Positions 32,099 through 42,275 of a stretch of 64,000 nucleotides of DNA are shown one piece after another (positions within the stretch are counted from its first letter, which is position 1; each line of letters begins with the position of its first letter). Made by a program: the position numbers and the translations under genes. The notes beneath the pieces were generated by a model, which saw only the letters and a program-made list of their open reading frames with translations, was not told the DNA's origin and did no database searches. Source of the DNA: a virus (Duplodnaviria; Caudoviricetes); the IMG/VR virus record IMGVR_UViG_3300005330_000015, positions 1 through 64,000 of that record. One strand, 5' to 3'.

Positions 32099-32281
32099 AT
32101 GAGCCGCCTTCCCCGCGGCGGCGAGGCCGCCGGAAAGGTCACGATCCGGGTGACCGCTGCCGAGCGCACCGACTGGAAGCGAGCAGCAGACAAGTTCGGG
32201 CACCCGACGATCAGCGCCGCGGTCGTCGCGGTGATGAATGCGTGGGCGCGGCGGGTGCTGCTAGGAGGCAAGGGACGATGA
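32099..32281 (+). CDS. Ribbon-helix-helix (MobC/CopG-like) protein
   Basis: KVTIRVTAAERTDWKRAA...TISAAV. Confidence 0.7.
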   Translation: MSRLPRGGEAAGKVTIRVTAAERTDWKRAADKFGHPTISAAVVAVMNAWARRVLLGGKGR

Positions 32282-34171
32282 ACTCCGACCAGTCAGAAGC
32301 GAATGCGCTGCGCGCCGTGAAGCGCGAGCGCCGCGAGCTGCGCGCCCACCTGCGCAACCTGACCTCAGTAGTCACGCGTGCGCTCGCGGATATCGACGCC
32401 GAGATGCGGACCCCGTCGACCGCTGATCGTGGCAAGCGAATCGCGCAGATCTGCAATAGGCTGCAGCTCGCCAACGATATGGCCAAGCGGTTCGGGCTGT
32501 CGCGGCGTCGGCCGGCGAAGCCGAGGGGATCGCGATGAAGACGGCGTCCAAGTACGAGCGAGGCGATCGCGTGGTCAGCATCGCTAGCTGGAGCCGCCGG
32601 ACGGCAGGTACCGTTTCGCGCGCTGGACGCGGCGTATCCGTAATGGTCCGCTGGGACGGCGGAAATAATGACGAGCGCGTTTTTCTGAACAACATCCGCA
32701 TTGAGACACCTGATGATGTCGCCAAGCGCGAGCACGAAGCAGCGTTGCGCGCGAAGACGCCCGCCGAGATGCGCCAGGCAGCCGATGACCTCAGCGCGCT
32801 CGCGGACTGGTTTGAAGCGCGACCCGCGGTGGTTGTTGTCGCGCTGGAGTGCGGACTGGGAGCGCTGCCGTGACCGACGATCGCGAAACGGCACGGCTAC
32901 GCGCCCTTGTCGAGCGCCCGGTGCGCTGCACGTTTTGGGGCAGCTCGTACGTCATCACCCCGCGGTTGATCGCCGAGAGGTTCGGAGACGGCAAGTGCCT
33001 CTTGTGCGTGGAGCCGATGGCAACGCGGCCAAACTACTTCGTGGTCCGTGTCGACTCCATGCTCAGATACCCAGGCGATCCGTGGCCGGATAACTCGCAG
33101 GTCTCGTTCATTGAACGTGTGATGTGCGCCGCCGAAGAGGAGTACGGCTACCATGGCGACGAGGATGAACGCGACAGCGACGGCAACGAGACGCGCGACT
33201 TCCCGGTTACCAACTGGGGCATAGGATGCGCGTGGGGGACACCATTCCCTGTCGCTGAATGGAAACCGGCGCCGCCGCTCGTGCTGTGGCATAGACGCGA
33301 CGCATCGTCCGGTCGATGGCACCTGCCCAGCCAAGGCGACACCAGCCGAGAGCTGCGCCGGCCGAGCGGTTCACGTCTGAACAAGCACGGCGAAGCGCTA
33401 CCACCCGAGAGCACGCGGTGCGTGATGTGCTCGCGCGCAGCGTGGCGCGTATGGAGGATCCCGTGATGACCGCCATGACCGCACGCGACCTGCGAGCTCT
33501 GGCGCAGCTGATCGACGCCGGCCGCGTGGTCGTGGTGCGGCACGAGAACCTGCTGGGCGTGCTCAGGCCGGAGATCGACGCTCGCAACAAGGCGCAAGGA
33601 GGCAAGGAACGATGAGCGACGACAGAAATAAAGTTTCCCGCTTCAACCTGCAACCGACAGCGAGCTTTCCGGAGATCGCCCCGCAGCGCGAGGAGTACAC
33701 CAACGACCGCGCATACGATCGAGCCTGCGTCGAGTACGCGAACGAGTGGCGAGCAACGTACGTCTGCGCCGGGTGTCCCGATGTCGCATGCCCGCAGTGC
33801 GGAGCTGAAGGTGTACCGATCGACGATGTTGTGGACGAGAAGCGATGGAGCGAGCAGTGGTGACCGCACACCTGACCGACCACGAGATCAACTGGTGCTA
33901 CACGCTGCCGGACGATCGCATCGCAGCGCTTCCGCTCGTGAGCACCCACGACGAACCGCAAGTCGCTCCGCAGGAGTACGAGTGCGGCTGCGTAACTATA
34001 ACGCGGATCACCGATTGCGACTACCGGCGCGGAGAGCGACCGTTCGAGATGCGGCTCGCCAAAGCCTGCGGGACCGGAGCGTGCGAGCTTGCCCAGAACC
34101 GCGCGGAAGGTGTCCCGCAAGTGTCCTCGGTTCACCTCCCACCTGCGCAGCATCCGAAGATTCACAAATGA

Positions 34172-34279
34172 TTTCCAGAGGAGCCACCCAGATTTGAACT
34201 TGGTAATGGTGGTCACGCGCCGAAGTCGTGGGATAGCAATCCGTGGGTGTTTGCGATCACTTTTCGGAGGATCCAATGA
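34172..34279 (+). pseudogene. Startless C-terminal remnant of an ASCH-like phage protein
   Basis: SWDSNPWVFAITF motif, in frame after the TGA at 34169-34171. Confidence 0.5.
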
Positions 34280-34665
34280 AGCCAGTCGATCAAAGCACTT
34301 TTGGTTTTCCCGGCGGAAACTGCTTCTCAGCGTGCGTAGCGTCGATGCTAGAAATCCCGCTTGCCGACGTTCCATATTTCATGGCCGATGACCGATGGTT
34401 CGAGAAATTCAAGCGCTGGCTTGAGCAGCGGGGATTCTGGGCGGTGTGCTTCAAGCTCGACGGCGACTGGCTGCCTGATGGGTTACACATCCTGTCCGGA
34501 AAGAGCCCGCGCGATCCAGAAAACCCAGATGCACTGCACAGCGTGGTGGCGCGCGGAAACGCAATCGTCCACGACCCACATCCGAGCCGGTCCGGTCTGT
34601 TATCGCGCGATGACGTCGTGCTGCTGATCCCGCACGACCCAGCGCAGATCGGAGCACGGTCATGA
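34276..34665 (+). CDS. Putative papain-fold (C39-like) peptidase
   Basis: GNCFSACVAS, LHSVV, HDPHP (Cys-His-Asp). Confidence 0.55.
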   Translation: MKPVDQSTFGFPGGNCFSACVASMLEIPLADVPYFMADDRWFEKFKRWLEQRGFWAVCFKLDGDWLPDGLHILSGKSPRDPENPDALHSVVARGNAIVHDPHPSRSGLLSRDDVVLLIPHDPAQIGARS

Positions 34666-37600
34666 CCATCGCCCGCTCAACGTCACGCCTTCCACATGTA
34701 CAGCGTATTCCTCGAACTTTGTCCGTCACACGCACTGCCACATCCGACATTCTTGAAGCAAAGGAACCCCTATATGAGCAATCACAGCAGCGATTCAGAC
34801 CCGGCGCCAGATCCGCTCCTCCACAAGATGCTGGAGGATATCGGCCAACCTATCGGAAAAACAGGCCAGTATCCGCGCGGTCGGCTGACGCCCACCGATG
34901 AAGGCGGGATCCGGATGGCGGTCGGCTCCAGGGACGGCGTTGTCGTGCTGGACTTCGGAACGCCGGTCGCCTGGCTCGGTCTTCCACCGAGCGAGGCACG
35001 CCAGCTCGCTGCATCGTTGATGAAGCACGCCGATACGATCGACGGCGGCGACCCGACCATCTTCGAGACCATGGCGCGTGCGCGGCGAGGCAAAGGACGA
35101 TGACCAGACCGGTCACAGTGGATACCGGAGGCCCGGATGATGTGTTTCCCGGCGCGAGCCTAACGTGGCTTCACATGCCGCGCGGAGGCTACGGCTACAC
35201 GATACCGGTTGATGCCAAGGTGATATCACATAGTCGCAGCCCACGTACGTTCGTGACAATTGAGGTCACCACACGGCGAGGCGACAAGGTGCGGCGCCGT
35301 GTCGATGCAAACAACCTGCGCTGGAGAAGCCGATGAAAGATGACCTGACCTCTGCCATGTGGCATGTGCTGGTCTGTATCTCCCAAGGCGCGAGCGGCAT
35401 CGACGTGCGCGGCGGGATCTCTAGCACGACTAGGACGCTGGAGCGCCGTGGTCTGATTCACGCGCCGGGACGGTGGCTGCGCTTCGAGCTGACCGAGCGC
35501 GGTAAGGACCTGATCGGTGGGAAGACGCTGACCCCGGTTCGGTTCGTCAAGCTGGCCGTGCCCGTCACGTCGGCGCTCGGCAAGGCGCTCGCGGCGAACG
35601 ACAGGGCTGAGCGGAAATCCGCGGCGGAAGCGCGCGGCATGAAAGGACGATGATGAGCCCAGAAACCGAACTTGCCATTGCGTTCATCGCTGGGGCTGCG
35701 TGGGCTAGCCATAGACCTCGGTCCCACGACGAGATGCGCTCGTTCTCCGACGAGTACGCGCGGGTACATGTCGCCAAAGCGATCGAGCGTGGGGTCACCA
35801 TCACGGTGACGTCGTACCTAGCCGAGGTCGACGACATCCTGCAGAGCAAACGATGAACGACACGCCCATCCTCATCTGCCGCCACTGCGGAGACTCTTTT
35901 CACGGGCCCGTGCGCGATTGCCCGTCGCCTGACGCCGGCCGCGAGCCGTACAAGGACTCCGGGCGCGGAGGCCACAGGTTCGACCCGCCGGCTACTGAGC
36001 CGCGCGCGCCGATGTCGCCGGATCGCCTACAGGAAATCCGCGCGATGGCAGCGCTGGGCCATCCCGCGACGGCCAACACGCTCGCCGGCATCACCCCGAG
36101 CACGCTCGGAAGCGCGCTGACTGAACTGCTCGCCGAGTACGACGCACTGGAGGCCGAGCGCAAACGGCTAGGGCGCTGCATTCTCGAGGACGCTGCCGTG
36201 GACGGCGTAAAGGTGTTCTCGCGCGAGCAGATCGATCGGATCATGGGCGCAGAACAGGCGCAGGTTGCCGCACCAACCGCCGAAGCCATGAAGTGCATCG
36301 CGTGGTGCCCCGAAGATGGCGATGAGAGCACGGCTCGCGAGTACGTCGGAACGACGCCCGGCGAAGTAGCCGAGCAGCACGCAGAGCTCGTGTACTACGA
36401 GCAGGGCACGCAGCGCGAGTGCTACGAGGTCCGCGTGCGAGCCACCAAGGCTGACCTGGTGCGCGAGTGGGATGTCGTCGTCGACGTGCAGATCGAGGTG
36501 TCGTTCTCTGGCGAGTTTGTCTTTCCGCGCTCGACGAGCGCGAAGTCGGTTGAGCCGTCGCAGCAAACGGAGCCAGCGCCATGAGCAAGACCATCGCCAC
36601 TGTTGGGATCTTCCTGACCGAAGATGAGCGCCGCCACCTGACTAACCTGTGCAACGAACTCGAGGCGAGCGAGGAAGCCGCGCTGCGGTGCAACGAGGGG
36701 GAAGAAGCGCAGACCAGGGCAGCGGAGCAGGCTGCGCTCCGCAAGCTGATGCTCTTGCCGGCCAAGGACTCCGATGTTGAAGCCGGGGATGCTGACCGCG
36801 AACCTGGCATCCTCGGCGCCTGCCAGGACCTCCACATGTTGGCCACCGTCAGCGCTGACGGCATGCCGGATAGTGATAGCCTTCGACTGGAGGTCTATCT
36901 GCAGCGAAGGCTTGACGGGTGGGCGAAACACGCGCCGATCACGGCGCTGCACGGGATCTACGATGAGACGATCCGCATGCTGGTCACGGTGACGCTCGCC
37001 GAATGGCGAGCATGCCCATGGCATCCGCGGGCGTCGAGAGCTATCCCGGCGGCGCTAGGAGAGAACCGACCGTGACCTTCTGCACCGAGAACACGCTCGT
37101 CCTGTTCAACTTCTCGTCCGACGATGAGACGTTCCGATCGCAACTGCTATCGGCAATTATCGCTGGCAAGTGCCCTGACTTTGAACGCTCATTTGGCGGC
37201 AGCGGCAGAAGCTACGCGGCGCTGTGGAAGCCAGAACACGCTGACGCGGTGCGCGCATGGGCGCAATCGGTTGGGGCGCTCGCCGGGCGCCCCAAGGAGC
37301 TGACGTGAGAGACGTTGCAAAGTCGTGGTCACAGCTCGAAGCCATCGCTCATCGCAGTGACCTAACCCTGCTTTGCTCCCCCGGCGGTGTCTCAATCTGC
37401 GATGGCATCTACTCGCTTCTCACCATCACAAGTGGAACCGACGACACCATCGCAGACGCCGATCTGGATGCGGTTATCCGTGTTGCGCTTGAGCCGGCGC
37501 TCGTTCGGTTGTCGTCGATCATCACCAGGTACGACAACCGATGAGCTCCGCGTTCCACCGCGCGGTAGCGCTCGACACCCGCATCAGCGTGGCGCTCTCC

Positions 37601-38144
37601 GAGCTGAGCGTCGGGATGCGGATCGATCCGCGGCTGGCCGCGCGGCTCGGCATCGACGCCGAGCTCGACCAGGTCGTGGCGACGCTTCGGCGTCACCTCG
37701 ACACGATCAGGGCCGAGCTGAACCGCATGACCGACGACCCGTATCCGCAGCAACCAGGCGAGAAAGGACCGACGACATGAGCGCGAAGCTCCGCACCCCA
37801 TGGCAAACGAAACGTTTACGCCGCCCGGCGGCATCCGTTACCGTTCTCATACTCGAGGAGCACGCCGGTAAATGGCGCCCGGTGGTCGAGCGCCACTCGA
37901 ACTGCCGCGGTACCGACCCGCACGATGGATGCGTGGTGATGCAGCGCTTCGTCGGTCCGGATGCCGCGTCGCGAAGCGAAGCAGAACGTTGGGCGCGCAG
38001 CGCAGAGGTCACGACCAAACCGAGGACCGTGCAATGAGCTCATCCAGCAAGCGAGGACCGCTCAGCAACCCCCGCCACCGGCGCAACGTCGCCACCGAGG
38101 CGTGCGATTTCTGCGGCGCCAAGGCTGGCAATCCATGCCGACGG

Positions 38145-38534
38145 CTACGGCTGCAATGGAACTTCGCCATCGGTAGCTACAAGCCGGTGATCGGCAGCCG
38201 GGTGCGCAAGGTCATAAGCAGCCGTGCGCACCGCTGGACTCAGGTCAGTAGTGACCAATCGTTGAAGCTCAGCAATAACTGCGGCATCAACGTGGTGCGC
38301 TAGTCCATAGATAGCGCCTTCGCGGACGACTGGATCTGGGTGCTGTAGCAATCCGAGAAGGATCGGCATGACTTCCTTGGAGTCGCTGATACGACCGGCG
38401 ATTTCGGCAGCAAAAGTCAAATCCGAAATAGGTATCCCAGGTGAAAGCATCAGCCGTAGTAGCTGATTTGGATGCTCAAGAGCCAGATACTCTAATATTT
38501 CCTCGCAGAGCTGCCCATGGGTCTCTTCGTTCAT
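38145..38534 (-). CDS. HEAT-repeat protein
   Basis: LLGLLQHPDPVVREGAIYGL; DLSPAVRTAA. Confidence 0.75.
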   Translation of the reverse strand: MNEETHGQLCEEILEYLALEHPNQLLRLMLSPGIPISDLTFAAEIAGRISDSKEVMPILLGLLQHPDPVVREGAIYGLAHHVDAAVIAELQRLVTTDLSPAVRTAAYDLAHPAADHRLVATDGEVPLQP

Positions 38535-38542
38535 TGTGGCTC

Positions 38543-39169
38543 CTAGTTCTTGTCAGCATCGTCGATCGCGCTCTCCAGCTCCTCGTCAGGCACGTTCACT
38601 CCTAACGGTGCCTCGAGCTCCTTAAATACGCCGCGCTCCTCGGCCTCGGCAAGGAGCTCCATGCCCTTCAGGAAGGCTGCCAGAATATCAGGCGGCAGCA
38701 CGGTTTCGAGCTTCGCAAGCACGAGGTCAACCTTGAGCTCGACGTCGATGCCGATGGAGCCGGTGTGCGTGACCTTGAGCTCGCGAGGCGCCGCTGCTCC
38801 GGTTAGGCGCGCGATCTCCTTGCTAGCTTGGATCACGCGTCCACGAAGCGCGGCGGTGCCCTGGTAGTCCTTGTTCTTTGCCGCATCGCGCGCCAGCTCC
38901 TCGGTCTGGTCGGCCACACGAGCCAGCCGGATCGCCTCCTGCTCACGCACGGCAACCAGGTCGGTGAACTCTAGCCCAATGAGCTTGCGTGCCGCAGCGA
39001 TGTCCTGCTGGGCCGTCGAGAAGTGCACCCCGAACCGGTTGACGATGGCCCTCTCCGTCTTCGAGTAGGTCCACTTGCGAAGGCACTTGGCCGCGAACTC
39101 GATTCTCGCCGGATCACGGGTTAGCCGATTACCCTTGGCACTGAGGACAGTTACGCGCTTTGACGCCAT
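38543..39169 (-). CDS. terS: Terminase small subunit (putative)
   Basis: N-terminal HTH, helical core, IARLTGAAAPRELKVTHTG tail typical of TerS. Confidence 0.65.
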   Translation of the reverse strand: MASKRVTVLSAKGNRLTRDPARIEFAAKCLRKWTYSKTERAIVNRFGVHFSTAQQDIAAARKLIGLEFTDLVAVREQEAIRLARVADQTEELARDAAKNKDYQGTAALRGRVIQASKEIARLTGAAAPRELKVTHTGSIGIDVELKVDLVLAKLETVLPPDILAAFLKGMELLAEAEERGVFKELEAPLGVNVPDEELESAIDDADKN

Positions 39170-39265
39170 ACGTCACCGGTCATGTCCGGAGCATCGATCC
39201 CGCATGTCGCGGATCATGGCTTCGAAAATCGAAGCATATACCTCTGCCGGATCGTTCACTGAGAC

Positions 39266-39294
39266 ATGATGGCACATCTGCTTGACGCTGTCAC
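39266..39294 (-). promoter_or_regulatory. Palindrome variant CTTGAC-GCT-GTCAC (39281-39294) upstream of terS
   Basis: GTGACA-17-CATCAT-6-GTG(39259), giving a 28-aa ORF that ends 3 nt before terS. Confidence 0.55.
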
Positions 39295-39464
39295 CTCGCT
39301 CGTGCGGACCAGGTTGCTCGTGTATGACACGCGGGAGTAGACGCAGGTCTAGGCCAAGCAGGTCACGTTGGTAGCCTGCCAGCCCAGTCGGGCGTCCTCG
39401 CGATGCGCATCGCTCGTAACCGTGCCGAATACGTTCGGGTAACGTCATAACCTCCCACATTCGT

Positions 39465-39521
39465 AGTGTCGACGTCGGTGTCGACGTTACCGACGACAAC
39501 TCGTGCACATGATGAGCACAT
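39465..39521. repeat. 57-bp dispersed repeat, copy 1
   Basis: 53/57 identical to 44053-44109. Confidence 0.9.
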
Positions 39522-39816
39522 CTTGTGCTCACGAGCCACTGCAGCGTTCAGTTGGCCTTGCGCGCTCGCCTGGTCGCTTCCTGCTCGATTGCCGCCCTAT
39601 GCTCCTCGCTCATCCACAGGTTAGGTACGCACCAGGGATCCGCTCCGGACTCTCTGATCTTGGCCATCGCCCACTCGATGTACCGTTGACGTTCAACCAC
39701 AGGTAGCTCGTTGAACATCTGATCGCGGAACACCACGAACCAGACCGCGTTCCAGTTATCGCCATGCTCGATCGCGCTGTGGATGCGCGCGGTGAGTTCC
39801 TTGATATCGTCAGCGG

Positions 39817-40486
39817 TCATGGCCTGACTCCGTGCTCTCGGATCCAGCGTTGCACATCATCCGCCACCTGCAGATACTCGGCACTCGGTGACATGTCACG
39901 TTCCTGGCCCGGCATATAGGCGGCCCAGATCCGGTCACGCAGCGCCTTGGGAAGCCTCCCCCAGTGTAGACGACATCCCCACATCGCAGGCGGAACCTGC
40001 GTTTCACAGCCCGGCCAGTGACAGTGATGCGCCCGCGTTTGGCGCTATCGCTTGACGTAGGCACGCTTTTCCGAGGTCGGCACGTGGACCACGGCCGCCT
40101 TGGTCTCAGCGCCAAGGCCGGAACCGTGCCGCGCGCGGACAGCCGCGAGCCGTTCAGCCGCCGCTCCGGGCACCGGAGAGCCGGGGTCGCGCACCGAAAG
40201 CATCTCCATAAACTCGCGCAACGTGGCGCGGTCACCGTCATGCGTTACCGAACGAAGCAACGCCTCGTTCTCGGCGCTCAGCTGTGGTCTCACGCCTTGC
40301 AGCCAAGCCACCGAGCAACCGAACGTGACCGCCATCACCTGGAGCTGTTCCTCGTTTCGGTGTCACCGTGCCATGCTCGATGCCGGTCACCCATTCGACG
40401 GTTACACCTAGCAAGCGCGCCGCTTGACCTCGACTCAGACCTGCTTGTTCGCGCGTCCATCGAACACGATCGCCGGACGCCGTCAT
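39817..40486 (-). pseudogene. XRE-HTH protein plus HHCHWPGC zinc domain, with frameshift and in-frame TAG
   Basis: Extra A at 40355-40357 splits the HTH; TAG at 40045-40047 precedes RQTRAHHCHWPGC. Confidence 0.7.
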
Positions 40487-41808
40487 GGCTTCCACCTGAT
40501 GACCATCGTGAATTCATCCGGATCTGACGGCGTGCATTCAGATCCGCAAAATCCTCGCTCCCACTGGAAGCTAATATCGGTCGTGCCAAGTAGCACGGTC
40601 AACGCCGCAAGCTTGTCGTATGTCAGTGACGCAGCCGACTCGCCGTGCATCTCTACGTACGCATCATCATTAGGTCCGTCTTCATTGTCACGCGCCACGA
40701 TTGCCACGGCGTTGAACCGTATGCCAACAGCGCGCAGCGCTCCGATTACCCTCTCCTCGACGTTTGACTGCCTGCTCATGGCTTCAACTTCCCCAACGCT
40801 GCGCGATGCGCCGCCCTCGTTGCCCGTGCCGCCTCGAGCAACGGCATGAAACTATCGTCGACCAGCCCATCACAGCGCGGCTTCCATTGCTCAAAGGCAA
40901 TTAACGCCTCATCGGCGGCCACAGCCGTGCGCGCCACCTCAAGCAGTATAGGCACCCAATACGACGGCCAGAGCTCCGCGTTGGCCTCGGCGTACTCGAT
41001 TCCATGTCGCGGGTTCACAGCTTGCTCTACAGGACGATGGGCGTCGCCAATCACGGTGCCTCCTTTTGCAAATCCTCATCGATACCGTTCACGATGGTCA
41101 CGCAGTCACGATGATCGAGATCGCCAGGCTCCACCATCTTGCGAACATGCATCAGTCGATCGCGCAGCATCTCCCGAAGCTCGTGACTCGTCTTACCGCC
41201 GGGCCTAACAAGTTCGACGTAGGCACGCTCGAACGGCGGCACTAGACCGACGAGTTCGACCTTTACGTAGTTCTTGGCTTGCTTCGCGTCAGCCAAGCCC
41301 AGAAGTGTCTGCGCCATCGCATGCACCGTGTCATCTACGGCCCGCGCGTGCTCGACCAGCGCGATCGTCTCCGCATCGACGCCAGCCTCAACAAGGGCAT
41401 CGCTTACGACCTGCCATTGCAGGACGCGCTTAGCATCGCGAAGGCTCATCGCGTCATCCTTGCCCAGATCTCATGTAGCTGGCACTCGTTGAGGACAATA
41501 CCGCGAGGCCACCAGTTATCGCCCTCACTATGGTGAAACTCCTCGTCGCTCGGGTGAGGATCCGGCGCGATGCTGAACGCTGGCAACCCAGATCCGCCAT
41601 CGAGCATGACAAACACGCTGTGAATCAACCCCTCCATGCGCCACCGTATCTCCCCAACCCGCCTGATCTCGGACGCGAACTCCGGCATCGTCAGGTCGGT
41701 GGTGCACCAGTAGTTGACCAACGATCGTACGTAGCCTAGCACGCACGAACGCATCTCCTCGACAGTCATCGCGCGCGGTTCATCGTTCGCTTCGATCTCG
41801 TCACTCAT
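40483..41808 (-). other. Four hypothetical CDSs
   Basis: 4-nt overlaps. Confidence 0.7.
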
Positions 41809-42275
41809 TCAGCAAGCATCGCATGCAGAAATGACGACGTCAACGCCTGGATTCCAGGCTCCTTGCTTTCGCGCGGCCCGGCGACGTTCACCGTGACGAC
41901 CTCATAGCTCTCCAGCCAGTCCAGCAGGCTCCGCCGTGCCTGATTAGTTGCCACGCCCAGGTGCTCGACGCGATACGGCTTACGAAGGCGTTGGCACAAC
42001 TCATAGGTGAGCTTGGTCCCGCCAGACAGCCGCTTGTTCCATACCATGATCAGCGTCGCATCGGAGGTGCAGATGTTCGCCTCGGTGCGTGCAGGCCATC
42101 CAGCAATCGTGCACTCGACCATGCCGGCGCGGAACCACTCCGGGATGACACCGTCCTCCGCGCGCCAACCCTTTGGTGCCGTGCCACCACGTTCCAGCTT
42201 CAACGCATGGGCCGCGAGTAGTCCGCCACGATCCACGCCCGTCTGACCGCCCGAGATGATGCGGCGAAGGATCAC
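41805..42275 (-). CDS. SLOG-superfamily protein (putative molybdenum carrier family)
   Basis: IISGGQTGVDRG, RTEAN...SDATL, GGT.LT, NVAGPRES. Confidence 0.9.
   Translation of the reverse strand: MILRRIISGGQTGVDRGGLLAAHALKLERGGTAPKGWRAEDGVIPEWFRAGMVECTIAGWPARTEANICTSDATLIMVWNKRLSGGTKLTYELCQRLRKPYRVEHLGVATNQARRSLLDWLESYEVVTVNVAGPRESKEPGIQALTSSFLHAMLAE

Larger units (their letters stand above)
31860..38303 (+). other. Plus-strand island of about 20 small CDSs inserted in the minus arm
   Basis: Nearly continuous chain of ATGA/GTGA overlaps from 31860 to 38303. Confidence 0.8.

Noticed and set aside
39817-40047. Genome-wide TAG-to-Gln recoding
   Set aside because: terL, terS and other genes end cleanly at TAG and core genes are not fragmented; a single in-frame TAG is better explained as a mutation
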